From assembly GCA_964016885.1 (NCBI GenBank), contig OZ024757.1:7316001-7380000 (forward strand): DNA of 64,000 nucleotides. Direction: 5' to 3'. Under the pieces are notes generated by a model that was not told where the DNA came from, searched no databases, and saw nothing but the letters and a program-made list of their open reading frames with translations. The position numbers were made by a program, and so were the translations under genes. The stretch comes from Eledone cirrhosa (Eukaryota). Of this stretch, positions 22,563 through 36,370 are shown piece after piece. Positions within the stretch are counted from its first letter, which is position 1; every line of letters begins with the position of its first letter.

Positions 22563-23055
22563 CATCATCATCATCATCATCACTGTTTTACGTCCGTTCT
22601 TCCACGTTAGCATGGGTTAGACAGGTTGTCCTGTTCTGGGCAGTGTCTGGTTGGCTGACCATTCCTTGCTCATAAAGGAACTGATTTGGCTTGATTTCTA
22701 CAGCTGGATGCCCTTCCTAACACCAACCTCATTCACAGTGAGTGCTGGGTGCTTTTTCGTGGCGCCTACACATCCACTTTACAGTGTTAGCTGGTTGCTT
22801 TTTTGCCGTGGCGCCTCCACGACCACCTTGCAGTGGGCGGTGAGGGGGCATATTGTCTGAGAGGTGTAATTGGGTAAGGTCGGCTTTTATTACCTCATCC
22901 TAGGTCTTCTTGGGTCTCCCCACTCCGCGGATTCCTTCGACTTCTAGTGCTCTGCACCTTTTTATGCAGTTGTCATCCTTCATACGCATCACATGTCCAT
23001 ACCAACGCAACCACCTCTCCTGCACACAGCATTTGACTGATGCTCAGTCTGTCTC
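22563..23055 (-). mobile_element. RTE 3' fragment (same family as 23119-26395)
   Basis: Direct paralog of 23119-23675 with internal deletions. Confidence 0.8.
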
Positions 23056-23118
23056 AGATATATATAAAATATATATATTATATTATATATATATGTTATA
23101 TATATTATATCATTATCA

Positions 23119-26100
23119 TCACCATTTTACCTCCGTTCTTCCACGCTAGCATGGGTTAGACGGGTTGTCCTGTTGTGGGCAGTGTCTGGTTGGCTGACCA
23201 TGCATTGCTCATACAGGAACTGATTTGGCTTGATTTCTACAGCTGGATGCCCTTCCTAACACCAACCTCATTTACAGTGAGTGCTGGGTGCTTTTCGTGG
23301 CGCCTACACGTCCACTTTATAGTGTGGGCTGGGTGCTTTTTTGCCGTCGCACCTCCACGACCACCTTGCAGTGGGGGGTGAGGGGGCATATTGTCTATAT
23401 GCTTCAGCTTGTACCCATGGGAGGTCGGGTACTCTGTATTACTGCGTGACGCCAGAAGTCATGGTCGTGTGTCATTGACTTTGAGAGGTATAATTGAGTA
23501 AGGTCGGCTTTTATCACCTCATCCCAGGTCATCTTGGGTCTCCCCACTCCGCGGTTTCCATCAACTTCTAGTGCTCTGTACCTTTTTATGCAGCTGTCAT
23601 CCTTCATACGCATCACATGTCCATACCAGTGCAACCGCCTCTCCTGCACACAGCATTTGATTCCTCTTATGCTCAGTCTCTCTCTCAATTCATTTATGCT
23701 TTGTCGTTATTATTACTGTTACACATCCATCGGAGCATGCAGGCTTCGTTTCTCTCTAATCTACGTAAGTCTTTCACCTTCAGCGCCCAGGTCTCACTAC
23801 CATGCAACATTGCTGTTCGGATACACGCATCATACAGTCTGCCTTTCATTCTGAGGGAGAAGCCTTTTGCAGCTAGCAGTGGCAGTAGTTCCCTAAACTT
23901 CTTCCATCCCGTTCTTACTCTAGTTATTGTACTTTCTGGACACCCACCTCCGCTGCTAATTTGGTCACCTAGGTAGCAGAAGCTATCTACTGTTTCTACA
24001 GAGCCCTCCCAGAGATTGGTGGTACTTGTTTCCTGTGGCTGTTTGCTGCTTGCTGTCTCAGCACAGCTGCTGCATGTGAAGCCTACATTCTTAATTAAGC
24101 TTCCTGAGATCCCGCTACATCTCTTGTGTACCCCTTGTTTGCATTTGGGGCAGAGAATGGAGTTCCTACCTACACCTTTCCTACATACTGAGCAAGGCCA
24201 TTTCCCTGAGGGGATCTGGGTTCTGTTTTCTCATCTACTTACAAGGACCTTAGTTTTTGTCATGTTGACTTTGAGACGCTTTCTTTCTAGTCCCTGCTTC
24301 CAAGTTTGGAATTTATTCTCTAGTTCTACCATAGATTCAGCTATGAGTTTCAGGTCATCAGCATACAGGAGTTCCCTTGGGCATCCGGTCTAAAACTTCT
24401 CCGTTATTGCCTGCAGGAATATGATGAACAGGAGGGGGCTAAGAACAGAGCCCTGGTGGACCCCAACCTATACCCTAAATTCCTCGCTATACTCATTGCC
24501 AATCCTAACTTTGCTGACTGCTCCCCTATACATGGCTTGTACCACTTTCACAAGCCATTCATCTACTCCTAGTTTTCTAAGAGCCCACCAGATTACAGCA
24601 GGTGGAACTCTGTCAAAGGCTTTCTCAAGGTCGACAAATGCCAAGTAGAGTGGCTTACTTTTAGCTAGGTACTTTTCCTGTAATTGCCTCACAAGGAAGA
24701 GGGCATCAGTGGTGCCTCTTCCTGGTACAAACCCAAATTGCATCTCGTCTATTTCCACCCGGTCCCTAATCAACTGTGCTATAACTCTTTCTGTTACTTT
24801 CATGACCTGGTCCATCAACTTTATACCTCTATAGTTTCCTCTATCTAGTGCATCGCCTTTACCTTTGTAGCAGTTGACAATGATGCTACTGCACCAATCT
24901 TTTGGTATGACACCTTTTAGTATTACCTGGTTAACAATACGTGTGGTTATAGTGTGACCTACAGACCCAGATGCCTTCAGCATCTCGGCAGCTATACCCG
25001 ATGGACCAGTTGCCTTCCCCATCTTCATATCTTCGATTGCCTTACTTAGTACATTGCTGCTGACTTGTACTGCTGGTCCCTCTATAGGGTCTACTTGGGG
25101 TAGGGTCTCTTCTTCCCATGCATTCTCCTCATTTAGTAATCTATCATAATGATTCTTCCATGCATCTTTCTTCTCAGCACTTGTGAGGGCAAGCTCACCT
25201 TTATCATTCCGGATACACTTCTCTCCAATGACATCACAACTATCTCTGACACACTGCCTCGCAATCTTGAATACCTCCTGTTTCTGGTCCTCACGTTGCA
25301 AAACATGCTTGAATTTTCTATCCTCTGCTTCCATCCTAGCTAAGTATACTTGTCGCCTAGCTTCCCTCTTGGTCTCTATGTAATGTACCCTGCTCCTTCC
25401 ATTCTTTCCATGCCTGTCTCTTGGCCTTAACTGCTTCATCTACCTTATTGTTCCACCACCAAGTCATTCTCCTCCTGCTTGAGGTCTTACTCCAGCCACA
25501 GACCTCATCCGTCGCCTCTAGTAAATTATTTTTTAGGAACTCCCAGTTCTCTTCTACATTAAATGTCTCTATCTGTTCTTCTTTACTGTCGTAGGCGTTG
25601 AGTAAAATATCTTTAAATCTGTTACTGGTTGAGGGGACTTTCAGCTTCCAGATCTTTCTTCTCCAGGTTGGCCTCTGTTTCCAGGTTCGTCTAGTTCTGA
25701 CCATGAGGTCGCTGACAACTAAGCTATGTTGGGATGTACATTCCTCAATAGGGAAGGCTTTTGTGTTTACGACCGTCCATCTGTCACGTCCTCTGATGAA
25801 GATAAAAGCTATCTGACTGGAGTGCTCCCCTGATCTATAGGTGATCAGGTGGTTGTCGGGTTTTTTAAAGTTTGTGTTACATATCGACATGTCATTGGCG
25901 TTGCAGAATTCTAGAAGTCTGAATCCTTCCTCATTTCTTGTGCCAACCCCATGGCCTCCATGTACTCTATTGAAGCCGTCGCAGTGTTTACCTACGTGTC
26001 CGTTAAAATCTCCTGCGATGATTAGGAAGTCATTGTCGTCTGTTAGAGCAGTAGTGTGCATTAGGGACTCGTAAAACCTATCCTTAAGTTCGTCTGGCAG

Positions 26101-26395
26101 CCCCGATTGGGGTGCGTAAGCTGATATTATTGTGGTAATTGTTTTATTCAGGACTAGTCTGAGTTTAATGATTCTTGCATTTACCCTGTACACTGAGATT
26201 ACTTTATCTACCCACTTGTCAGCTAGTAGTATACCTACACCACCCATCCCATCGTCATTTCCCACCCAGAAAAATTTGTAGCACCGACTTTTTCCTACAA
26301 GAACTCTGGCAGACTCTCCTCTCCATCTAGTCTCTTGCACACAGCATACATCAATTTCCTTTCGCTCTAGCATTTCTATGATTTCTCCTGCTCCT
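23119..26395 (-). mobile_element. near-full-length RTE LINE (APE endonuclease plus RT), frameshifted
   Basis: EN ORF 25357-26373 (QETRW, YAPQ, GDFNGHVG, SQH). RT ORF 24468-25439 ([19 protein letters not shown]). C-terminal part runs to 23404, followed by a 3' UTR and (GAT)n tail. Confidence 0.92.
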
Positions 26396-26718
26396 CGTAT
26401 ATGAAATATATATATTATATATATATATATATGTTAAATATATATGTTATATATAATATATATATATTATATATATATCAACCCATACTATAAAGTGGAC
26501 ATGTAGGCACCACGGAAGAAAAGTACCCAGCTCTCAGTGTAAATAAGGTTGGTGTTAGGAAGGGTATCCAGCTGTAGAAATCAAGGCAGAATCAGTTCCC
26601 GTATGAGCAAGACAAGGTCAACCAACCGGACACTGCCCACAACAGGACAACCCGTCTAACCCATGCTAGCATACAAGAACGGACGTAAAACAGTGATGAT
26701 GATTATATATATATATAT

Positions 26719-28208
26719 ATCATCATCATCATCATTTTTCGTTCGCTTTTCCCTGCTTGCAAGGGTGGGACGGGTCTTATTCAGCACAGCATCTCTCCTC
26801 TCGTCACGGTCCTTCGTCATCTCTACCGTGAGCTTCAATCATCTGAGGTCTGTTCTCACCACCTCCGCCCATGTTTTTCATGGTCGACCTCTACCACGTC
26901 TTCCTTCAACTGGCATTTCCTGGCACTTCTTCACCCATCGGTCATCCTCCATGCACATCACATATCCATACCACCTCAGTCTCCTCTCCCGTACACTAAA
27001 TTCTATCCCTCTCAGACACAGTTTCTCTCTCAACACATTCATACTGAGTCGTTCACGCACATTTACACTGCACATCCAACGGAGCATGCTTGCCTCATTT
27101 CTCTCCAGCCGTCACATATCCTCTGCAGTTGCTGCCCATGTCTCACTACCATGCAGCATCACGCTCCTCACACAGGCATCATAGAACCGGCCTTTCGTAC
27201 GCAGGGAGAAACCCTTCTTCGTCAGCAGAGGAAGCAGCTCCCTAAACTTCTTCCAACCCGTCCTTATTCTCGACACTATGGCCTCGGAACACCCTCATCC
27301 CATGCTAATCTGATCTCCTAGGTACCGGAAGCTAACCACCACTTCTATAGCGCCTTCCTGCATTTGAAAAATGTGTCTATTAATGCGACTTCTACTGTCT
27401 AATTTCCCTGTACATCTACTGCATACATATTTCTCCCTACCTGTTAGTTTGCCTGCTATCCCGCTACATCTCTTGTGTACCCAGGATCTGCATTGTGTGC
27501 ATTTTATAGAATTTATGCCAGTTCTTTTCTGCATATCGAACATGGCCATTTCCCTGACGGAATCAGAGTTTGTCCTCTTTTATACTCATCAACACTTTTG
27601 TCTTAGCTAGGTTCACCCTCAGTTCTCTTGATTCCAACTGCTGTTTCCATAGCCAGAATTTATTCTCTATCTCCTCTACTGATTCTACTATAAGAACCAG
27701 ATCGTCAGCATAGAGAAGTTCCCATGGACAGCCAGTCTTAAACTCCTCTGTTATGGCTTGGAGGACTATAATGAACGAGAACAGGCTGAGGACCGAACCT
27801 TGATGTACTCCTACTTATATCTGGAATTCCTCACTAAACTCCATTCCTACCCTGACTTTACTGACAACACCTCTGTACATAGTTTGCACTGTCCTCACAA
27901 GCCATTCCTCAACACCTAGTTTCCTTAGGGACCACCAGATGACAGATTGGGAGTCCCTATCAAAGGCTTTCTCTCGGTCAACAAAGGCTAAGTATAGTCA
28001 CTTATTCTTCTCTAAGAACCTCTCTTGCAATTGTCTTACCAAGAAGAGGGCATCTGTTGTACTCTTCCCAGGCACAAAACCAAACTGCATCTCATCTAGT
28101 TTGACCCTTTCTCTAATTAGTTGTGTTAATATCCTTTCTGCCACTTTCATAACCCGATCCATCAGTTTTATACCCCTATAATTGCTCCTCTCCAGATCAT
28201 CCCCTTTT
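26719..28208 (-). mobile_element. RTE LINE 3' half (second family)
   Basis: RT motifs, Cys-rich insert (27295-27549), RRLRWYGYV, and a short tail CCCACCCTTGCAAGCAGGGAAAAGCG followed by (GAT)n. Confidence 0.85.
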
Positions 28209-28261
28209 TATATATACATATATATATATATTATATATCATATATTATATATGTATACATA

Positions 28262-29121
28262 CAGGGTGCGGACGATAATTATTCGCAAGATTAATGTCTA
28301 GGAAATAATAACACAGTAGTTTTGTTTTTTAAGATTTATTTATCAAACTTGGGTCAGTTTGTCTTCATGACTTGTTCTTTCAATCTCACTTGATAAACCT
28401 GCCATTGGCTTTGATGACGGCCTCGAAACCGGCTACAGGCCTTCGTCACTGTCCCCTGACTTAGGCCCCTAAAGGCACATGTGATCCTGGCCTTCAGATC
28501 GTCTTTCGTATTGCAGCTAGATCTGTTGGTGTCTTGTTTCACTGCGCCCCACACAAAGAAGTCGAGAGGATTGCAATCAGACTAGCTGGGCGGCCAGATG
28601 TCAGGGGAGGTGAGGTCAACGAAGTTCTCTGTCAGCCAGGCTTGGATCTTTCGGCTGGTATGGCAGGGCGCTGAGTCTTGCTGCCACACGTACGGCCTAC
28701 CTGCAGCTACCTGGTCCATCAAGGGCTTTACTACCTCGCTCAGAACGCGAATGTAGCCATCGGTGTTCAGCTTGAGACCCTCAGGGAAGCAGTCAGGTGG
28801 CATGACGACACCTAAGACCAATGTTGTCGGTGGAAACTTTATATGTATGACTCTGGGCACGTCTTTGGATGAGACAGCGAGCCACATGTTGTTCTGGGAG
28901 TTAACTTCTGGTCTTATTTGTCCTCTCGGCGCAGATTCCAAGAAGAACTCCGTGTCTCTGCCACAAATTTGGAGGTTCAAAATTATTCATAATCAATTAT
29001 TCTGAAAATAAATAATGGAAATATAGTCACTGTTTTTATGAGGACAAGAGTGACAACGGAGTAAAAAAAATTTGCATAAAATTAGCAGTTGAAAATTGCG
29101 ACCAAATATCGTCCACACATG
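28262..29121 (-). mobile_element. Tc1/mariner superfamily DD37D (maT) transposon relic, internally deleted
   Basis: TA flanks and imperfect TIRs CAGGGTGCGGACGATA / TATCGTCCACACATG. WQQDSAPCH...WPPS*SDCNPLD has 37 residues between the second and third D, with an in-frame stop. Confidence 0.85.
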
Positions 29122-29209
29122 TACATATATATATCATATATACATACATATATATATACATATATATATATACATCTATATTCATATATATATATACATA
29201 TATATGTAC

Positions 29210-29798
29210 AATATAGAGGAACAATGGGAATTCCTGAAAGCAAACTTGCTGATGGCAGCAGATGAAATCTGTATCTGGAGCAGATCTATAGGCAGGAGGA
29301 GAGATACATGGTGGTGGAACAGTAAGGTGGAGGAGTCAATTAAGGCCAAAAAGCAGGCTTGGAAAGCATGGCGGGATGGGAGAAGTATAGAACACTATCT
29401 GGTGGCCAGGAGGGAAGCTAGGAGACAAGTGTACTTCGCAAGAAGGGAAGCAGAGGAAAGAAAGTTCAAGCATGTTCTACAACGCAAGGACCAAAAACGT
29501 GAGGTGTTCAGCATTGCTAGGCAATGTGTCAAGGAAAACCGTGATATTTTCGGGGAGAAGTGTGTACTTAATGATGATGGCGTACTTGCCATCACTGACG
29601 CTGATAAGAAGGTAGCTTGGAAGTGTCACTACGAAAGGCTACTAAATGAGGAGAATAAATGGGAGAAAGACAGTTTCCCCCACATCGACCCAATAGAGGG
29701 AACAGCAGTGTTAGTTGAAGGTAGTATAATAAGTAAGGCAATCAAAGATATGAAGACCGGAAAGAGTTGCTGAAATGCTGAAAGCCTTGGAACGGTGG
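29210..29798 (+). mobile_element. RTE fragment (EN-RT linker), runs into gap
   Basis: TWWWN..V...IKAKKQAWK..., homologous to 24468-25500. Confidence 0.85.
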
Positions 29799-29998
29799 NN
29801 NNNNNNNNNNNNNNNNNNNNNNNNNNNNNNNNNNNNNNNNNNNNNNNNNNNNNNNNNNNNNNNNNNNNNNNNNNNNNNNNNNNNNNNNNNNNNNNNNNNN
29901 NNNNNNNNNNNNNNNNNNNNNNNNNNNNNNNNNNNNNNNNNNNNNNNNNNNNNNNNNNNNNNNNNNNNNNNNNNNNNNNNNNNNNNNNNNNNNNNNNN
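29799..29998. other. assembly gap (200 N)
   Basis: N run. Confidence 0.99.
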
Positions 29999-32146
29999 TA
30001 TGTTTTTGAACAGATACAATGTCTATATAGTTTGGTTTGTTGTCACAATAACCAACAATTCTACCCTCACCAAACTTCCGTATCTGTACATAAGGGTGCT
30101 TTAATGATATCATTCTAACTGTTTTTGATAGGTTTCCAATAAGCCTTAATTCTTTCTCTAGGGGTAATGTGACAGCCAATTGACTAGAACCCCATCTACA
30201 TATATCTGTAACTACAGATGGCAGATATAATGTAGATAGCACTTTTATTTCTTCTCCTTCTTTCTTAGAAATGTATAATAAGCAAGAATTATTTATGTCA
30301 GACACCACCAACTGTCCGTTGGGTAGATAACATGTTTCAGCAATCGCAATTTTATTATCATCCTTTTCTTTGTGTCGTATCGTTGGATTTCTGATATAAG
30401 GATTTAACTTTTTTAAATGACAAATGGATGATTCACAGTTGTAAACAAGAATACTCCCTAGGTTATGGTCAAATAGATATATAGTTCCTTCACAAATACC
30501 ATTAGAGAAGCGAGAAGCTACCGGAAGTTTTAATTTCCATTTATATTCTCCATAAATATCATAACATGCCATAATAGAGAGTGTAGGAAGATAACATACA
30601 AGTAAAAAGTGTCTGAGTAGATATGATTGGGACGGCTGTTAAAATCAAAATATGTTTCGAAAAGTTCTTCTTCACCTAAACTAGAATGAAATATTAATTT
30701 ACGATATTTCTTATCTAAAATAACAAAATAAGTTGGAGTTGTAGCTATACTGACATCACCATGTTCTAATGATTTTAGTATTTCACATTCTACCTTGTCT
30801 TCCTCAATCTTTAATTTATGGACCTCATTCATTCCACAAGTGGTCAAAGCCATAAACCTATCTAATACTACATGACATATTTGAATGTAATTCTTATCTA
30901 AACAATAGAGATTACCTTCTTTTAGTTCAGGACATGTAATATGTTGTATAGTTCTAGTTTTATTGAATAGAACCAGAAATTTGCTGGAGTCTATTCTGCA
31001 AAATCTAGATGGTTTGGACTTAAATATTAATTCCTTACCTCTACACAATTCTGTCCCACTGTAAGTGTATAGTATAGCTTTCAGATCCCTGTATACAACT
31101 AATACAGAAGATCGTGACATAGGTAGAATCTCATATATATTGTTAGGGTACTCTATATTAATTTTGTCATTCAGACAGGGTGTTTGGGTCTTTTGATAAT
31201 AAGACATCTTTGGCCAAAACTTTTTTGTCTTAAAACAATATATCTGACCAGAAACATCAGATACAAACATATTATTTAAGTCAAATGTAATATATTGAGT
31301 GCTTATCCCAATATCCTTTTGAGAGATGCCACCTATTGAGGAGATCTTATAAATAAGCTGCCCTTGAAATACATAAAAATAATTCCTGAAAACGGTGATG
31401 TCAGCAGGAATGTCCTTAGAATGGAGGTGAAATTGAAATAATTTACGACCATTCAGATCATAACAGATTATAACGGTTAAATTATAAAATATTACTAAAA
31501 CACGATCATCTGGCCCTATGGCTATACTTCTCGGCTCATGTTTCACCTCAAATTGCTCAGTATATGTTTTTTCAATCCAATTTACCATATATATTTTTTT
31601 TTCTAATAATTTAAAACCTAGGAATCTACTATCTTTATAATATGAAATTTTATGAAAGCCGACTTCAAGAGTTTTTATTGCAACACTAGAGGGTGAGAAG
31701 AACAGAATTTGATTGTCAAATGGTAATGTGGCAATTACCACATTTTGGTTAAACCTATCGATATCAGTGACCACTGATTTACAGTGTACCATACGACAAC
31801 AGCCAGTTGGTGGTGTGTACTTTAGTGTTAATACATGTGGGATATAGCTCATAGTACCATCCTTTAAGGGTACAATATATTTTAATGGTAGAGAGTAATA
31901 TTCTACAGGGTCTTCTACAGTAACTTTTACAGTGTCTACTACTGGAGGAACAGGTGTATATAATATTTGGTATGGTACTGTGATATCTTTCTCAAAGGGG
32001 ATTTCAGTTAACACTTTTACCTTAGATTTATTTTCCCTAATAGTCTGTTGTAGTGGAATCACCAAATCCTCCCTGTCATATACTACTTGGGGTAACTGTC
32101 TACTTATAATTTGGTCTTCTACACTAACTATTTCTGCAGCCTCCAT
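29999..32146 (-). CDS. intronless protein of tandem NHL/beta-propeller-like modules, with a frameshift at ~30576 and 3' end in the gap
   Basis: A 538-aa ORF continues into an overlapping frame (30572 onward). Blade-like motifs include PRSIAIGPDDRVLV, PADITV, VVTDI.R.....TLP (twice), CYDLNG/CYDIYG and YLPNGQLVVSD..NSCL. Confidence 0.65.
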
Positions 32147-32689
32147 TGTTTGTCTCTACTTCTACAACTGGTTATATATATGTATATATATGTGTGTGTG
32201 TGTATATGTGTTATGTGTATGAATGTAATTCCAAACACCTTCACAATTTCAAAATTTTCAGATAAATTTACCAAATCTAAAATGAAATATAGGAAAAAGA
32301 AATATTGATTAGTTTTGTGAAAATATTAGTTTTTCAAATAAATGGATTAATAAGAAAACATCATTTTCTCTAAATATATTAAATCCAGCTGTTTATTTGG
32401 CAAATATGATCAACAATGAGAATAATCACTAAAATTAAATGTTAACAAAGAAAAATATGATATTACATGTATTGTATGAAGAAAGTCCTAGTGAGAAAAT
32501 GTAGTTACACAGAATATAAGTATTGCCAATGAATATATATAAGAAGTATTGCCAACTTGGAGCACCCCCTGGTGCTCAAGTGGTCACACATGCCATTCAA
32601 ACAAAGAAGGTGGCTTGGAAATAAGTCCTTCTTGCACTTGCAGGACAAGCAGTCATGAAAAGTCACAGCAGAGACGACAGTACAGGTGT

Positions 32690-33510
32690 CTAAAATTAAG
32701 ACATGGGAAATATTTGGGGTTAAGCTGGAATCCAACTTCAGATCAACAAATATTTATGGGCTCATGCACAGCCAAGTTGGAAGAGGTATCAAGACTGGTG
32801 AGTGTAAGATCAGTCGGCTGATTTTGCAGACGTCATCGTACTACTTAACTCAAGAGAAGGTGATCTCTGACATGCATTTGACAGATTTGATGCCAAGTGC
32901 TGCACGGCAGGAATGAAAATCAGTGATGCAAAGACTGAGACACTCATCCTCTCAAGGAAGCCTGTTTAGTGCACTCCACAAGTGAATGGAGTTACACCGA
33001 ATGCTTCAGCATTCGGTCATTAGAAGAAAGGAGGTATGTGTGAAAGCTGAACTCGATATTTTCAATTTGTTTAGGTGCCAACCCTTAACTATCGTCATGA
33101 ATCTTGTTTAATGATCGAAAGAATATGATTGCATATACTATTGGCTGAAATGGGGTTCCTTTGAAGGGTCTTTGGAGCAATGTTACTCAATAGAATGAGT
33201 AACTCGGAGATCAGAGAGTCACTCCAGGTAGAGCCGCTACTTCTCCGAATTGAGAGATCTCAACTCTGATACTACAGACATGAGGTTAGAATGTCTCAGG
33301 AAAGAATTGTTGAAAAGATTTTATGAGCAAAGCCAACCATCAGGAGTACCTGGGGTAGACCCTGAGCAAGATGGTTGGATAACATCCATGAGCTTGGCTG
33401 GTTTCACTTGGGCATTCAGCTGGATCAGTTGGAGACAGTTGCTTCTGACAGGACCCATTGGAAGGAGTACTTGAGAAATATTCCCCCACTGCCCTCCTCC
33501 CAGGAATATA
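32690..33510 (+). mobile_element. old RTE-like LINE fragment
   Basis: Degenerate GMKIS..KTE, YxHESW and GRP motifs. Inverted paralog at 33730-34910. Confidence 0.6.
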
Positions 33511-33729
33511 TCAGCAAAGAAGAATATATATATTATAAACCCCATTTGTAAGCCAAGGCAGCTAATCAACACAAGTTTAGGTGGTGTGGCTTTGAAATTC
33601 TCATGAGTATAAAATATATTTATGAAGTTTTAGTATTTTAATCTTTAAAATGTTTTAAGTGTCTTTTAGAATATAGTTTTTGTTACACAACTCCATTACG
33701 TAATGCTTTTTTACCATTTCATCTGTTTT

Positions 33730-34910
33730 CTTCTTTGCCAACTTATTCCTGATAGGGTCAGGGTGTAGAGTCCTCAAACTCTCCTTCCAGTGGGTCCTGT
33801 CAGAAGCAACCATCTCCAACTGATCCAGCTGCATGCCCAAGCACGTCTTGTTCGGGATCTACCCCTGGGTCTTTTGCTGGTTGTTTTACCCATAACATCT
33901 GTCCAGCGATTCTTTCCTGAGACATTCTAACCTCATGCCCAGAGTATTGGCGCTGTCATCTCTCAATTCAGAGAAGTAGTTGCTCTACCTGCAATGACTG
34001 ATCTCTAAGCTATGCACTTTATCGAGTAACGTTATTCAAAAGACCCTTCGGAAGTATCCCATTCTAGCCCCATGCCTATAGTATCGGAGCTGTGATCTCT
34101 CAATTCAGAGAAGTAGCAGCTCTACTCGGAGTGACTTTCTGATCTCTGAGCTACACACTCTATCGAGTAACAATACTACAAAGACGCTTCGCAGGAACCT
34201 CATTCACGATTATATTTTTGGGCTCATTATCCAAGATTCATGACCCTAGGTAAGGGTTGGCATGAATGTCGAATTGAAACAGTGAGTTTGGCTTTTACTC
34301 CTTCCTACCTTCTGATTAATGAAGCTGGCATATTACTGTACCAGTCTTTGTAATTCTTACACTTAATTTAGCCTCTTGCCTACCATCACTCGTGAACATG
34401 GCCCCAAGATACTTGAACTTCTCTACCTGCTTCAGTGGAACTCCATTCACATGTAGAGTACACTGCACTGGCTTCCATGAGAGGACAAGTGTCTCAGTTT
34501 TCACAGTACTGATTTTCATTCCAGCCATGCAGCACTCGGCAACAAACCTATCAAGTGCAAGTCAAATATCATCTTCTGTCGAGTTAAATAACACCATGTC
34601 ATCATCAAATTCCAGCCAAGTGATTTTACAGCCGCCAGACATGATACCACTTCCAACCCAGCTGCGTATATCAATCCTGTTCATGTAAATAACAAACAGG
34701 AGAGTTGACAGTATACACCCTTGGTGGAGTCCAACTCCCATATTGAATGGTTTCTATTTAACACCATTTATCCCAACATAGATACTCAGGCATTGATATA
34801 GAGACATCAGGGCAGCAAGAAGTTGACTATCAATCACATACTCCTGTACAGCCTACCACAGCAGGTGGCCAAGGAACGTAGTCATATGCCTTCTCAAGGT
34901 CAACAAAATA
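33730..34910 (-). mobile_element. old RTE-like LINE fragment
   Basis: ORF 34316-34528 GMKISTVKTE...VEKFKYLG, with upstream DLEKAYD and GLHQG-like motifs. Confidence 0.75.
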
Positions 34911-35246
34911 TATGAGTATATACAGTATATATAATATTGTATGGACCTAATAAAATAGTACATTTAACTTACGTATTTTATAATCACTTTCGTCGATTTC
35001 ATTGGTTTTGTATTAGAAACTGGTAATTGGGAATCTGAAATAATGGAACATTTTTATTTTTACATAAATGTAAGTAAAGTCTCAAAAATAAGTTTTAAAT
35101 AATAAAAAAATAAATTATGAATATAAAACTGATATTATCATCATCACCATCATACATGTGTATTTCTGTGCTGGATAGGTTGGATGGATTGTTACAGACC
35201 AACCCAATATTTAATAAAAGCTACTGTCTTCTTACAGACCGAATCA

Positions 35247-35280
<34 letters not shown>

Positions 35281-35539
35281 ATGTTATTATTTACTATCTC
35301 ACACTTTTTAATAATTGTTTCTACTTTAGGAACAAGGCCAGCAATTACCCCAGTGCATTACTGGTACTTTATTTTATCGACCACGTAAGGATGAAAGGCA
35401 AAGCTAACCCCGATGGGATTTGAACTCAGACCATAAAGGAACAGTCAGCAAGGTTAAAATTAACAATAAATATTAACTGAAGAATTTAGTATAACAGTAA
35501 GTGTTCATCAAAGCTCCGTCCATAGCCCCCTCCTGTTTG

Positions 35540-36370
35540 TTATTCCCCTTCAGGCTATAACTGAGGGGTTTAAGACTGGCTGCCCATGGGAACTTCTATA
35601 TGCAAATTATCTAACTCTCATAGCTGAATCTATGGCTGAACTAGAGAACAAATTCCAAACATGGAAGCATGGCCTAGAATCAAAAGACCTTAAAGATAAC
35701 TTATCTAAGACTAAAGTTCTGGTACGTAGAAAAGAAAATAGGGCACAGGTGCCCACAGGGAAATGACCATGCTCAGTGTGTAGGAAAGGAGTAGGTAGAA
35801 ATTCCATTCTATGCCCCAAATGCAAACTATGGGTACATAAAGATGTAGTGGGATCACAGGCAAGCTATCTAAGAATGTAGATGGTTCTATAGAGACATGG
35901 GTATTGTCTGCAGAGGACCTGCACAGATTGGAAAGGAACGAAGCATGCATGCTCCATTGGAAGTGTAATAGTAATATACATGAACAGTAAAACATAAACT
36001 AAGTGAGAAATTAGGATTAGAGGAATCAGATGCTGTTTACTTGAGAGAAGACTACGTTGGTATGGTGATGTGATGCACATGAAAGATGACAGCTGTATAA
36101 CAAAGTGCAGGGCGATCAAAATTGATAGAAGTTACGGAGTAGGTAGACCCAGAAAAACCTGGGACGACATGATCTGACCTTGCATATTTAGACCTCTCTA
36201 AGACAATGTCACTGGATCGAGATTTTGGCGCCACACAGTAATACAGAAGACCCACCTTCCCGATGTCCTATATGAGCAAGACACGGTCACCTGATCAATC
36301 TTGCCTCAAGTGGGACAATTACCATCTAACCCATGCTAGCATGGAAGATCTACGTTAAATGTTGATGATG
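35540..36370 (+). mobile_element. RTE 3' fragment with internal deletion
   Basis: [12 protein letters not shown], Cys-rich insert, RRLRWYG and a (GAT)n tail. Confidence 0.8.
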
